From Octopus vulgaris (Eukaryota), in assembly GCA_951406725.2 (NCBI GenBank), contig OX597838.1, forward strand, positions 27,466,001 to 27,530,000: DNA of 64,000 bases, in the 5' to 3' direction. Below the pieces are notes generated by a model. The model searched no databases. It was given only the letters and a program-made list of their open reading frames with translations, and was not told the DNA's origin. Made by a program: the position numbers and the translations under genes. How positions within the stretch are numbered: position 1 is the stretch's first letter; each line of letters opens with the position of its first letter. Shown here one piece after another: positions 27,677 through 42,239 of this stretch.

Positions 27677-27895
27677 TAACCTTTTTGGTTACATACCTCC
27701 CAATTTTGCCCTTGATTACATGATAAAATCTTCATCTTACAAAGTTACCTACATTAAAATCTTCCATCGAAATTGCATGGTAATTTATGTTCCAAACGCT
27801 GCCTTAATATTTTACGGAGCCCTTCTTTGTTTTAAAACTTAAATAGAGTTTAAAAGCAGCGTATTTCAACGAAAATATGGTAACAAAAACATTAA
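27677..27895. mobile_element. Decayed piggyBac-type MITE related to family B
   Basis: TTAACCTTTTTGGTTAC ... GGTAACAAAAACATTAA; internal TTAAAATCTTCCA and AATTTATGTTCC shared with 48553 and 59655. Confidence 0.6.
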
Positions 27896-28430
27896 GTCAC
27901 CAGCTGGAACATTACCACAAACGAAAACAAGGTAAATATTATGATGGATGAGTTTCTTGGCAATATATATTGCATTGTAACATTTTTTTTACGTGGTTGT
28001 TTTATACAGGTTTCTTCATCACAGCTTCAGCGTTTGCCATCGTTCTTCCCATATTTTCTTCGAGGAGGAACCTCTGCAAATGAATTCCTTCAGGTGTTCT
28101 TCAGCTCAAAGTCATACACATCTGTTCGCTTGTCAGAAGTTTGTACTTACCTGTAATCGTAAACATATCAACACATTCTTGCCCCCCCCTCTTCCCTTCC
28201 CCCTCCTCTCTCATGTTACTGACTACATAACATTTTTTCCCTAACCAACAACAACCTGCTAACAGCTAATGTTTTCAGATCCATATTCTGTCTACATTTA
28301 CCATAAATTTATTGTACTTAGTAATAATGGAACCCGCAGAACTCATAAGTCTTCGTGTAACTTCAGCAAATGTTTACTTGATATTGCAACTGCAAATAGT
28401 TTATACTCTTTCCTCCTCCTCCTCCTGCTG

Positions 28431-28497
<67 letters not shown>

Positions 28498-28763
28498 CAT
28501 TGGGCTTCCTGTTTTTCTCTTGACTTCTTAGCTTGATTAATGTATTCAAATACCACTGCAATCACATACCATTCTCCGATTCCTACGCCTTTGCATCAAA
28601 CTCGCACAGACCAAGGAGCATTCTTTGATGCCTGTTAAACCCTTTTTACATTTCCCCTACATTGCTGTCCAGGCCTTCTTATTCACCTTTACCTTTCATT
28701 CAAATAAAAAAAAAAAAATCCTTTCTACTATAAGCACAACAACAACAATGGTATTAATAGTAA

Positions 28764-28976
28764 CCCTTTCTACTATAGGCACAAGGCCTGAAATTTGGGG
28801 AAGGGAGAATAGTCGATTACCTCAACCCCAGTGTGTAACTGGTACTTAGTTTATCGGCCCTGAAAAAATGAATGGCAAAGTTGACCTTGGCAGTATTTGA
28901 ACTCAGAATGTAGCAGCAGACGAAAAACTACTAAGTGTTTTGCCCAGCATGCTAGTGATTCTGCCAGCTCGCCATC

Positions 28977-29032
<56 letters not shown>

Positions 29033-29194
29033 CATCATCATCATCATCATCATCATCTCTACTGAAAACACAAGGCCTGAAATTTTGCAGGAGGGAACTC
29101 GTCAATTTTATCGACCCCAGTGTTTCACTGGTACTTAATTTATTGACCCCGAAAGGGTGAAAGGCAAAGTCAACCGTGGCAGAATTTGAACTCA
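28764..29194 (-). mobile_element. Two family-1 SINEs joined through (AAT)n/(CAT)n
   Basis: Units at about 28764-28978 and 29056-29194; the second lacks its head. Confidence 0.8.
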
Positions 29195-29657
29195 CCACTT
29201 TAATACTAATAATCTTATTTTCTTTTCCTTTTTTCAACTAAAAGTCAACCAAATGTTTATCACAGTTGCAAAATTTATTTGTTTTTCCTTTTTTCCATAA
29301 AAAGTTCAAATAAATATTTTTCTCAATTACAGTCTTTACAAAATTATAATGACCCTCCACTTCTGTCTCTCGCAATGTCCTTCAATTTTGCAATCTTTCA
29401 AGTTGGGGTGTCCCATCTCACTATAATTTTTCTTTTTGTTTGTGTTCTTCATGTTGTCTCTCTTTAATCTCCACATTTCTGCCGTTTTATGGTTTCTTGC
29501 AATTGTGCCTGTATGTCTGTGTGTTCGTGAATTCGTGTGTCTGTGTGTTCGTTTGACTGCAGTGCCATGTGCTTCATCTGTGTGTCCATGTCTTCAGGTT
29601 TCCACAATCTTGGGCTGTCCTGCTTCTGGTCTGAATGACTCTGCACTTGCATGCCCT

Positions 29658-30539
29658 TTACTGGCAACTCCACTGGCAAACTGTGTTTCTCGTCATTGGT
29701 TGGGTTTCCTCTTCCATTGCTTTACACTTCTTCAATGCCACTATCGTCAGTAACATCCTTCTCTTTCTTTTCCTGGGTTTCACCTCTTCAAAATTCCCAT
29801 CATGTTCTGTTTTCTGTTTCTTCCTTCTTACCAACATTATATCTTCCTGAACACTCTCCTTCACCATTTCCACTGCTGCTCCAGGGCATATCCTTCTCAA
29901 GTGCCCTCCTTCATCACATCCGCAACACTTTGGGCATCTCTCCTCCAACAGTATTTCTAGCCTTTCTCCGTTTGGTAATTCCAAAGTTTCTGCCATTTCG
30001 TCATAATATTTTGGGCCCACTGCACAGATTATTTCTATACTATAGCCCCAGTATTTCAATTGTTACGTTCGGCTTATTATGCCAATCCTCAGGTCTTCTC
30101 CATTCTTCCTCAGTTCTGAATTAAAAATTACAGCTACCACCCATTCTGGGTCCATCGACGGTGGGATTGTTCCCACCTTAACCCCAACAATTCTTTTGTC
30201 CAAACAGCCTGGCATCAATGTTCATTGCTCTCCCTGTAACATCATGTTGTCGGATTTTTTCGCCTCCTCTTCCGACACAAAGGCTACTACTAAAGTCGCA
30301 CATTTCCCTCCTCTTGTAAAGAACGCCATCCCTTCTCCTATGTGTTCCTCCAACATTTCCTCTATCTCCTCCTGCGGCGCGTGCTCCATTCTCCCATTTA
30401 CATTCGAAAATGTTCTGAATATTACTATCCTGCTTTCCATCTTTCTTCCTTCCTCCCCTAGTAGGGCCATTCCTATATTTGACCCCTCTCTCCTTATCAT
30501 ATCACAGCACTTGGTTATCCTCTCCTCATTCCGCTCCAT
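29658..30539 (-). pseudogene. Retroelement ORF1/Gag-like zinc-knuckle protein with two premature stops
   Basis: ORFs 30539-30222 and 30059-29658 are in one frame, bridged by TLMPGCLDKRIVGVKVGTIPPSMDPEWVVAVIF; CX2CX4HX4C knuckle C-CG-C-DEGG-H-LRRI-C; basic C-terminus. Confidence 0.8.
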
Positions 30540-30767
30540 CCTCTCTAGCTTCAGCGCGTGTGTCTAGGGTATCTTGACCCCCAGTAGCCTCCACATAACT
30601 TTTCATTTTTCAATAATTCACGACCACCCAACGACGGTGGCTTTGCACAAAAATTCCGCTTAGACTTCTTCAAAGACAACAAAAATAGTGGCTTGGTAGC
30701 TGCTGATGCCTATCCACCTTTGAAAACATATATATTTCAAGTGAAATACATTCACTGATTTTTGAAA

Positions 30768-30981
30768 TTAGAAATAATATATTTCTAAATCTCTGAGAGA
30801 GATTTATACAGTAGCAGCTGGATAAAGTGACAGCATGTTGTCAACTTAATGTGACAGTCCCATAAAAGGAAAGAATGCTACTGTTATAGGACTGTCACAT
30901 TAAGTTGACAACATGCTATCACTTTATCATGTTGCTACTGCATAAATCTTTCTCAGAGATTTAGAAATATATTATTTCTAA
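30768..30981. repeat. Long foldback palindrome (~98-bp arms, 18-nt spacer)
   Basis: 30768-30865 is the reverse complement of 30884-30981 with a handful of mismatches. Confidence 0.95.
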
Positions 30982-32474
30982 GGTGAATGTGTAAGAGAAT
31001 ATTATGAATGTCTTTCTTACAAGGTCCATCAGACAAATGAATCTGTGTTACAACAAGCAGATGAAAGATGACAACTGCTGAACATTGTGAAGAAAAATAG
31101 AAAAATAAAAGCTCATCTATTATGGCTATATTTGGAGAAGTAGAGGTCTGGGAAAATGTTATCATGGAAGGTAGAATGGAGTGATTAAGATGCTGGTAAA
31201 GAATGCAATGGATGGTCAATATCATAAGTTGGTTGGGCAAGGAGGGCAAGGCAGGTGGAAAACTTGCACTTAATCAGGAAGACGGTCATTATAGTGTTAT
31301 AAGTATGCAGCAGGCATATGATACATAACGATGATGACCCTGGAGGAGTGAAAGGTAAGGTCGACTTTGGTGCGATTTGAACTGCAGCTAAATATTGATA
31401 AGTATACTTAGAAGTCAACATTCTTTGTATATACTTCATCCTCCTGTGTTCCCCACCAACACCTCACACTGTCGCTTTCTGTCCCCAGTGTGTTGAGGTT
31501 AGAAGGGTGCTCAACCGTGAATCTTTTCACCTCAATAATTACACGGTTTCAGGTGGACTTCGTCTAATGATACAGTGAGGTAAGGTGACAGAATTGTTTA
31601 GTGGTTAGTGGAAGCATCAGTCTGGCTTGTGTTTCACTCAATGCTTGATATTCAAAGATAATGATATTGCTTACAGCCATGATCAGCACCATGACCAACA
31701 CCATCAAATTATAGTTGTTAATATCTGTTATCAAAATAATTAAAAAAAGACAAAAAAAAAATAAGTAATTTTCAGAAGTTTATTTTTTTTGTTTGTGTGT
31801 TTTGTTTTGTTTGTTAAACAAACATTAGAACTGACCAAAGACGAATAAAAAATTTTTTTTTTTAAATTTAAATAAATAATTTATTCTTGGTCTGTTTTCA
31901 CAAGAAAGACCATCCTCCATCCCACCCGACGTCGGGCCCACCTCACAAAAAAGAGGGGAAGAGGTAAAGATGATTTCTTTTTTTTTTTTTTTTTAGTTGG
32001 TAGGCATTGTGTAAAAATAGTATTTAATTTTAGTACAAAAATATTCATTTAAGAAAACAATGTCTTTTTTTTTCCTCCTCTTTTGTTTTCTAAATTTGTC
32101 GTCAGATATGAAACAAAAGAGTTTATAATTAAAACTGTTAATGAATTTTTACATAATGATTAGAAGGAAAGAAAGGAAAAAGTACATGCTATCATCATCG
32201 TCATCATCATCATCATCATCATCATCATTATTATTTTCATTATTAAAGATATAACGACTTTGCTTGCAGGGGAAATAAGCCATTTTTAATTCAGGCCAGT
32301 TTGATATTAATGTTATAACAATTATTTCCCTTGTTACACATGAGTTCTTTCTTTTGCTTTTCTTTCTCTTTGTTTCTCTGTTGTCATTTTTTCTTTTTTT
32401 TTCTTTTTGTATGTTGGTAAGCAGACATTTGCTTATTGACATAGAAAAGGGTTAGCATCAAAACAGAGAACACC

Positions 32475-32541
32475 GTTAACACCATCATCATAATCACCAC
32501 CACTACTAATTCTATCACCATCATCATCACCGCCATTCACC

Positions 32542-32584
<43 letters not shown>

Positions 32585-32803
32585 TCATCATTGTCATCTT
32601 CATCCTCATAATAGTCACCACCTGTCACAGCCTTATTACTGCTATCTCCATTATCATCACTGCCACCACCACCACTTCTGTTATCATAATTTACTTTATC
32701 ACCACCACCACCACTATCATTGTGATCATCATCATTTCCTACCTTCATCATCATCATCATTACTGCAGCTGCCACCACCACTGTTGTTGTCATCACCACC
32801 ACC
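32475..32803. repeat. Cryptic (CAT/CAC/TAC)n trinucleotide tract
   Basis: Direct inspection; similar tracts at 38520-38720 and 39030-39320. Confidence 0.9.
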
Positions 32804-33667
32804 AGAATTGGGGGCCATGACAGATACTACCACCCACCTTGGGCCAGAGTGGATCTGAGAGTTGTGCTAACTAAGGTATCACTCCACACATTTTAGACTT
32901 CTGAATGCTCAAGCTGGAACCTCACCATCATATGCAGTATAATGTCTTGCCTGGGACAATATTTCTACATCCTGGTGCATATCCTGGTGCCAAGAAGATA
33001 TATATATTAACTATTGGATGTTCATTATTTCTTAAGTGTTTCTGCCCTTCAACAAGTTTTTGTTGTGTCAAATTGCTCTCAAGTGCTGTTGGTAACATGT
33101 AACCCTATACAACCTGTTACATGGTCATCAATGACTAAACTGCTTTTTCCCTCAAACTTGCTTGGTGAAAAGTGGGAGTTACGGGATGTCCTACAGGACA
33201 GAAAAACATGCACGCACACACGTAGGCACGCACGCACGCATGCATGCATAAACACACGTACATATATCCTTGTTTTGATGCTTGTCTTTATCTATGCTGG
33301 CATGAGTTTGTAAGTCTTATTGACATTATCTTACAGCTGGGTGCCCTTTCCTGCCCCTCTCTAAAAGTCGTGCATAGAGCCAACCTTAGGTTTCCCAAAT
33401 GGTTATCCAATCTATGTAAAAACTAAGCTCAATGCTGCTTAACATCCAGAGGAAAACCCAGTTTGTTCATCATGGAAAAGACTGATAGTAAGTGGTGCTT
33501 ATGTGTGTATATATATATAGTGTGCATGATAACTATCTTGAAATGTGCATGCTATAACTCTTTAGATCATACACTCTAGATAATTGTCATCTCTACATAC
33601 ACATGCACAAACATGCTACACCGTGGTCACACATACATACATGCACACACATCCTTCACCAACTTCT

Positions 33668-33721
<54 letters not shown>

Positions 33722-34299
33722 CACGCACACGCTCAGTCATTTTCCTGTTTGTGAAGTTGTTCCGATTCCAAAGTTGAGAAATTTTTCTTTCAATCCTGAG
33801 TAAAATGGAAACAGCTGGGACGTGTTTGTTTTGATGTTGTCAAGTTTCAACATGAACTTGTCTACCCTCTTAACACATCCATCCCTTGACTCTTTAATCA
33901 CTCATCATTAACTGTAACCCTCATGATATAACCCCCCCACCCTCTCTCTCCAAATACATACACACTCACACACTAATAACAGCAGTGTTGAAAGATTTTT
34001 TTTTAACCTTTTTATTTTATAATTAAAATTTTTTATTTTTACTTTAAAAGAATTTAAAGTGAAAATAGTTTAAAATCATTTATAGGTACAGGCTTCTCAA
34101 TGTCATGGTTCTTGGTTCAATCCTACTGCATTACACCTTGGGGCAAGTGTCTTCTTCTGTAAGCCCTGAGCTGATCAAAGCCTTGTGGTTGGATTTGGTA
34201 GACGGAAACTGAAAAAAGTTCATCATATATATGTATGTATGTATATATGTGTGTATATATATATATATTAATAGAAATGTTAAGATAACAAAAGAATGA

Positions 34300-34772
34300 C
34301 CCTTTTAGGGTCGATAAATTAAGTACCAGTCAAATATTGAGGTGGATGTGATCAACTATCCCCTCCCCACAAATTCCAGGCCTTGTGCCTATAATAGAAA
34401 GGAGTATTACTACTACTACTACTACTACTACTATTATTAAGGTGAGCTGGTAGAATTGTTAGCGCAGCATTTTATGCCCATCTTTACATTCCGAGTTCAA
34501 ATTCAGCCAAGGTTGACTTTGCCTTTAATCCTTTCTGGGATTTCACCTGTCTTCACTTTCTGAGTTCAATTTCCGCTGAGGTCAACTTTGCTTTTCACCC
34601 TTTCAGGGTCGATAAAATAAGTACCAGTTGAACACGGGGGGGGGGGTCAGTGTAATCGACTCGTCCCTGTCCCCCAATATTGCTGCCCTTGCATCAAAAT
34701 TTGAGACCATTATTATTATTATCATTATTATTATTATCATTATTATTATTATTATCATCATTATTATTATTA
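34300..34772 (+). mobile_element. Cluster of family-1 SINE pieces ending in (ATT)n
   Basis: 3' half at 34300-34405; head at 34440 with the B-box/Meta segment duplicated; tail type c. Confidence 0.8.
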
Positions 34773-35204
34773 TTTACACTTGAAACATTCCTGATGTTAT
34801 CTACTTTATCTCCATGGCTTAATGAATGTCTGTCAATCACTTGAAGATGAAATAAGGCACCTTCGTGCCACCCTTCTTTCTATTCCACAATACACCACAC
34901 AGCTCCGCCCCACACCGTTCTGCTGCTACACTGTGGTCGGAAGTAAATTACAGTAATTTCTATAAGACACATTGTGGTAGCTGTGCATGACTTGGAGGCA
35001 TTTCTCAAGACATTAGGTACCTTTCAGCATGAACAGTGGCGAGTGGAGTGTGTAAGCAGTGATTCACCAGAGTGCGGGGTTTCAGAAAAATGCACTCTCT
35101 GCCACGTAACGGGCTTTCCATTCCGTAACATCAAATTAGAAGCAGTCGGCAAGTTTTTTGACATAATCAACCTACTATATACACACAGGCATGCACACAC
35201 ATAC

Positions 35205-36120
<916 letters not shown>

Positions 36121-36688
36121 CCTGACTGAACATTGCCTTATAATCAACTGCATCATTAACTTCTCAAAAGAAGAAAAAAATATGTATGTATATATATATA
36201 TATATGCATCTATTTTTAGTCATTTTTCTTTTGGTCTGGAACCAAATTCCCCCCCATCCCCCTTTTATCATCTACCATAACCTCACTACTACCATAACCA
36301 CTACATCCTTGAGTCACTGAACTGTATGTGAGCCAACGAGGGAGACCTCTACGTGGTCGCTCAACTTTGCTAGAAATAGCAGACAAATGTCCCTCAGTTA
36401 ACAACCTACTGTCTGAGATAAAAAGGGGAAAAGATGTTTTGGATTATGTGGAGTGGATTGCTTGTGAATAGAAAAAAACTGTAATGGTCATGGCTGGAAT
36501 GCCTTTAATCATAAGTCTTCTCAGTCAAGGTTGATTGATCTGGAACCTAAGAAACAAGTTGAAGCCACTGGTGGTGGTGGTGGTTGACTTCCTTGAAATG
36601 GCAACCAACTCCCTCTCGAAAATAGTTCAGTTTCATATTAAGAAAGGATACATTGAATAATGTAGTCCTTGATATACTACTCGTAAAC

Positions 36689-36743
<55 letters not shown>

Positions 36744-37084
36744 GCAGGATGACTTCACTTTTTACTCAGATTCAAAATAACTACTGTAGCACGGTTGACC
36801 TTGGATCTAAACTAGAGCAGCAACCCCAATTAGCGTGCCAGTAGTTCGTTAGGCCTTTCACGATGTGCTGCATTCATTAGTATCATTAACATTTCATAGG
36901 TGACACACAGAACATTTCATGCTCAACACGCACTCACCTAATTATTTATTTTCTTTCTTTTACTCGTTGCATTCATTGGACTGCGGCCATGCTGGGGCAC
37001 TGCCCTGAAGGGTTTAGTTAACCAGATTGACCCCAGTACTTATGTTTTTCAACCCTTTAACATTCGGATTTCTGTGTCAAATGA

Positions 37085-37480
37085 TGATCATCGTCGTTTA
37101 ACGTTCGCTTTCCATGCTAGCATGGGTTGGACGGTTCAACTGGGGCCTGGGAAGCCAGAAGGCTGCACCAGGCCCAGTCAGATTTGGTAGTGTTTCTACA
37201 GCTGGATGCCCTTCCTAACGCCAACCACTCCGTGAGTGTAGTGGGTGCTTTTTACGTGCCACCGACACAGGTGCCAGACGAGGCTGGCAAACGGCCACGC
37301 TCGGATGGTGCTTTTTACATGCCACCGGCACGGAGGCCAGGTGAGGCTGGCAATGGCCATGATCGGATGGTGTTTGTTATGTGCCACCGGCACGGAGGCC
37401 AGTCGATGCGGTGCTGGCTACGGCCACATTCAGATGGTTCTCTTATGTGCCACCGACACTGGTATCACAACTACAAATTT
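37085..37480 (-). mobile_element. Family 3 element (four internal units) inserted in a piggyBac MITE
   Basis: MITE begins AACCCTTTAACATTC at 37051 and resumes TGCTTATTTATTCAC at about 37485. Confidence 0.85.
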
Positions 37481-40400
37481 CATCTGCTTATTTATTCACA
37501 ATGTTTTGAATTAATCATGCATTATCTTGTAGCTTTAAAATTTCAATGATGTGATTGTATATTTTTAGAATGACATTGTAGGGTAGGTGTGAGAGGTTGG
37601 ATCTGGCTAGTTTAAACAGTAACCCTTTAGCATTCAGATTATTCGGTCAGATATAATGCTTATTTATTCACATTGTTTTGAATTAATCATGCATTATCTT
37701 CTAGCTTCAAGATTTCAAGGGTGTGTTTGTACATTTTTTGAATGACACTTTAGGGTAGGTGTGAGAGGCTAGATTAGAAATACAGGTGCAGGCACAGCTG
37801 TGCGGTAAAAAGTTTGCTTCCTAACCACTTGGTTTTGGGTTCAGTCCCACTATATGGCACCTTGAGCAAGTGTCTTGTACAGTAGCCCTTTTTAAGTGGG
37901 TTTGGTAGATAGGAGTTGGAAGAACCCTGTTGTGTGTGTATCTGCCCCCCTCCCACACACACACACTCCCTGCTCGACAACTGGTGTTGGTTTGTTTATG
38001 TCACACGTAACTTAACAGTTTGGCAAAAGAGACTGGTAGAATAAATACCAGGCTTAAAAAAAAATAAGTCCTAGGATTGATTTGTTCAACTAAAATCCTT
38101 TAGGGTGGTGCCCCAGCATGGCCACAGTCCTTTGACAGAAACAAGTAAATGGCAAAGAGAGTTCTGGTTCAAATCATGGTCTGTGTACATGTCCTTAAAT
38201 AAGACACCACCTGGTGATGGTTGGCATTTAAACTGGCCAGATCCAACCTCTCGCACCTATCCTACAATGTCATTCTAAAAACAAACAATGACATCATGCA
38301 TTATTTCAAAGCTATGAGCTAATGCATGATTAATTAACAATTTTAATGAATAAGCATTATATTTGACAGAGTAATTTGAATGCTGAAGGGTTAACGATAA
38401 GATCAGTGGCTGTCTGTAAAAAATTACAACCTAATTAACAACAACATATTCTCAGACATTTTCACAATTATTTCAAGGATTTTTTTACGTATTTATTTTT
38501 ATTACTTTTACCTGGACTTCACCACCACCATCGCCATCACTGCCACCCCCACCATCACCATCGTCATCACCGCCACCACCACCACCACCACCACCATCAT
38601 CGTCACCACCACCACTGCCACCATCATCATTGTCAAGACCACCAAGTTCATTGTAATCATCATTGTCGCCATCACCACCATTGTCATCATCTTTCTTCAC
38701 TGTCATCATTAGCGTCGTCATATTAAATCTCCAGTCCTGCCCACCACCGCCTATTACTACTCTCTCTCTGAGCTGATGTCATTTGCTAGATGCAACATTA
38801 TTGCTTAACCAACTATCTCCTGCCCCCCTACTCCCCCCTCCGCACACTGATTGTGGTGTTGGTGTTGGTGTTGGTGGGTCTGCTTATTTATTGTGAATGT
38901 TATCATAAGTTCTGGTAACATGTTATTAAAAAAACAAACACACCAAAGTGGTGGGGGGGGGGGGGCAAAAAAAAAAAAAAGAAAATTTTTTTACAGCAAA
39001 CTGATTGTCAGCACATATTGCTATCCTTGTCATCATCATCACTATCATTACCATCAGCATCACCACTGTTGTCATCTTCATCACCGCCACCACCATTATC
39101 ATCATCATCACCACCACCACCGCCATAATCATCATCATTGTCAAGACACCATCTTTATCATAATCATCAGTCTCCACCACCACCATCATCTTCGTCAGCA
39201 TCATCATATTAACTGACATTTTTTGTAATGGTCAATGCAGTTACCAGCATCACACCACCACCATCATCCCCATTGCCACCACACCCAACATCATCAGCAT
39301 CATAATTGCCCTCATCATCCTTATCTAAATTGAATCAGGCAGTTTAGACAAAAGTCCTGCAGATAAACAGACCAACTTACTCATTAGTCAAAGACTAATT
39401 AGTAACTCTTGTCTGTCTATCCTACCACCCTGCCCCTCTCTGTCCACCCTTCTCCATACCTGGGTCTGAGTAAATTGAACAACCTGACATTTGATAATCT
39501 CCTCGCTTATGTGGAAAATGTATCAAATTATAAAGAGAGGTCAGTCTCCGTTACCATGGTTACATAATTTCATTATCGTCAATTTACCTTGCTTGAATTT
39601 TTACCTGTTCACTTGAGTATGAAAACAAGTATGTATGCAGTCATGTGACCTGCTTGAAATAGTAGCTACATTTCCTTCAAATTGTGATCTGCTGTTTTAA
39701 ATAATAGGACACGTTAAATGATTTCATTCCGTATACCTCCATAAAATCAAGTTGGTCATAGTGGAGTGTGCCTTTGAACATAGATAAGTCTGCTGGACAC
39801 CAGGCTTGGCCTGGGGTTAAATGATGCTAACCACATCTCAGGTTGTCCTGCTACTAATTAACCTAGGTGCAAAGGTGGACAGTGGAGAGGTGGATGGTTT
39901 TGAATATTTCCATTGTCAAGCCAAGTGAAATTGTATTCATGGCACAGCTGGTACATAAAAAGCACCCCTTGAACATTGGGCCTCACAGAGGCAGTGACAA
40001 GTGACCAAAACCTTTGGCAGTATAGTGTGTTTGAGAAGATCTGTGAAACCAAGTCAGAATGTAGTTGTGGCCAATGTCAGTGTTACAGTGCTGGTGGTAT
40101 GTAGAAAGCACTCACTACACTCTTGGAGTGGTTGGCATTAGGAAGGTGTAGAAACTATGCCAAATCAGACTGGAACCTTGTGCAGCTGCCCAGCTTACCA
40201 GTTTTCATTTAAACTGTCTAACTCATGCCAGCATGGAAAACGGATGCTGGGTTACTGAAGGTTAGGGTGGTGCACTCAACAGTCGCAAGACTACGGTTTC
40301 AATTCCCAGACCAGGTGGTGCATTGTGTTCTTGAGCAAAACACTTCATTTCACGTGGGTCCAGTCCACTTAGCTGTTACTGTGTAACCCTGCAATGACCT

Positions 40401-40768
40401 GGCCTCCTGTTCAAGGGCAATGTTGTCACCTCGGTCACCTATATGCCATGGAAACCGAATAACCAGCCCTGTGTGATTTAGGACTTGCAGCAATAATTGC
40501 TTTTGATGGTTGAGGTTACAACTGTTGCTACTGCAGTTCTTGTTCTTGGCTGTTTAACCTCAGATCAACCCTGATTGAAATACATTTAGGATCATCAAAG
40601 GTGTCCCTTGAGGCTGTAATTCCATTTGGTCCATGGTTATTGCTAATTACATGCCATACAGCTGTAATCAGGAAGCCTCTCAATGTGGTTGCTTGAGAGC
40701 TCTAAAAATAGCAGCTAAATCTTTCTCAAAACATCCTGCCTTCTTTAAAACCAAAAACAAAAAAAAGC

Positions 40769-41019
40769 ATGAGATACACTGGATTATATAGAAATAAGTT
40801 CACAAGTCCATTTAACAAACGCAGGACCCAACATCATCTTTGGCATGGTTTCTATGGCCGGATGCCCTTCCTAATATGCCACCCACTTTAAAAAATCATG
40901 AAGTATACTGGATTATATAGTAATATGTACACAATTACATTAAACAAACACAGGACCCGATGTCATCTTTGGCATGGTTTCTATGGCTGGATGCCCTTCC
41001 TAATATGCCAACCACTTTA
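40769..41019. repeat. ~128-bp tandem duplication
   Basis: CTGGATTATATAG...CAGGACCC...TCATCTTTGGCATGGTTTCTATGGC.GGATGCCCTTCCTAATATGCCA.CCACTTTA occurs twice. Confidence 0.85.
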
Positions 41020-41298
41020 CAAAGTATACAGGGTGTTTTCTGTGTGTCACTGCATTGGATTTTAATTGATGACAAGGGAGTTGTCATCATTTTCTTTGCT
41101 TGATATTGTATAACAAGGCAGTGTTATCTGTGCTGAAGTGCAATATTCATATCAGTCATAGGCAGATAATATGTAAATAAAGTTTATGACCTTCACAAGG
41201 GCTTTGATAATTTTCCAAGAAATTTCTAGAAGGAAAATCTAAAGTTCACGAAGCAGTTTCGATGTTTGACTAAATATAGAGAGCAGAGGATAATAAAC

Positions 41299-41329
<31 letters not shown>

Positions 41330-41542
41330 TAATTATGCAAAATACTTTCTATGTAATCTCAAGTTTTAAAACAAACATAATTTTCGTATGTTTTTTTTTT
41401 TTTAGTCATTCACTAGTACAACACTAAATACAAAACCAAATATATGGCACACTAGGCATAACAACAACATGGACTTCCAACCTGTTGTCTCTTGAGGTCT
41501 CTGGGTGAGACTTGGAGCTAACTTGTACAAAAATAATGGTAA

Positions 41543-42092
41543 TAATCCTTTTCTGCCATAGGCACAAGGCCTGAAATTTTGCAAGAGGAGACTAGTCAAT
41601 TACACTGACCCCAGTGTTTCACTGGGGCTTATTTTATTGACTCCGAAAGGATGAAAGGCAAAGTCAACTTTAGCAGAATTTAAACTCAGAACAGGCGAAA
41701 TACTGCCAAGTACTTTGCCCGGTGTACCACTGATTCTGCCAGCTTGCTGCCTTAATAATAATAAAAATAATAATAGTAATAATCTTTTTTACTAATGGCA
41801 CAAGACCTGAAACTTGGGGGAAGAGGACTAGTCAAATACACTGACCCAGTGTTTCACTGGTACTCAATCTATTGACCCCGGAAGGATGAAAGGCAGAATC
41901 AACCTCGGTGGAATTTGAACTCAGAACATAAAGACAGACGAAATGCCACTAAGCATTTTGCCTGGTGTGCTAATGATTCTGCCAGCTCACCGCCTTGTCG
42001 ATGATGATGATGATGATCCTTTCTACTAAAAGCACAAGGTCAGAAATCAGCGGGGGTGGGGCGACTAGTTGATTATATCGACTCCAGTGTTT
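41543..42092 (-). mobile_element. Head-to-tail family-1 SINE array (three units)
   Basis: Units at about 41543-41753, 41782-41996 and 42016-42092, separated by (AAT)n and (GAT)n. Confidence 0.85.
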
Positions 42093-42225
42093 TACAAGAG
42101 TGATACCGGAATGGACATAGCCAATCTGAAAGAAGTGGCCCAGGATAGAACTGACTGGAGGACACTGATCCATGGAGTAACCGAGAGTCGACTTTGACTG
42201 AGCGGATAGATAGATAGATAGATAG
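42093..42225 (+). pseudogene. BovB/RTE-like LINE 3' end with (GATA)n tail
   Basis: Encodes SDTGMDIANLKEVAQDRTDWRTLIHGVTESRL*LSG*, resembling the BovB C-terminus as I recall it (LRELVMDREAWRAAVHGVAKSRTRLSD). Confidence 0.75.
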
Positions 42226-42239
42226 TTGTTATTATCATT

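Noticed and set aside
27880-28155. Apparent small GT-AG intron (27932-28009) and a minus-strand CAG|GTAAGT
   Set aside because: The upstream part overlaps a MITE end, the spliced peptides are unrecognisable, and the minus site lacks a pyrimidine tract.
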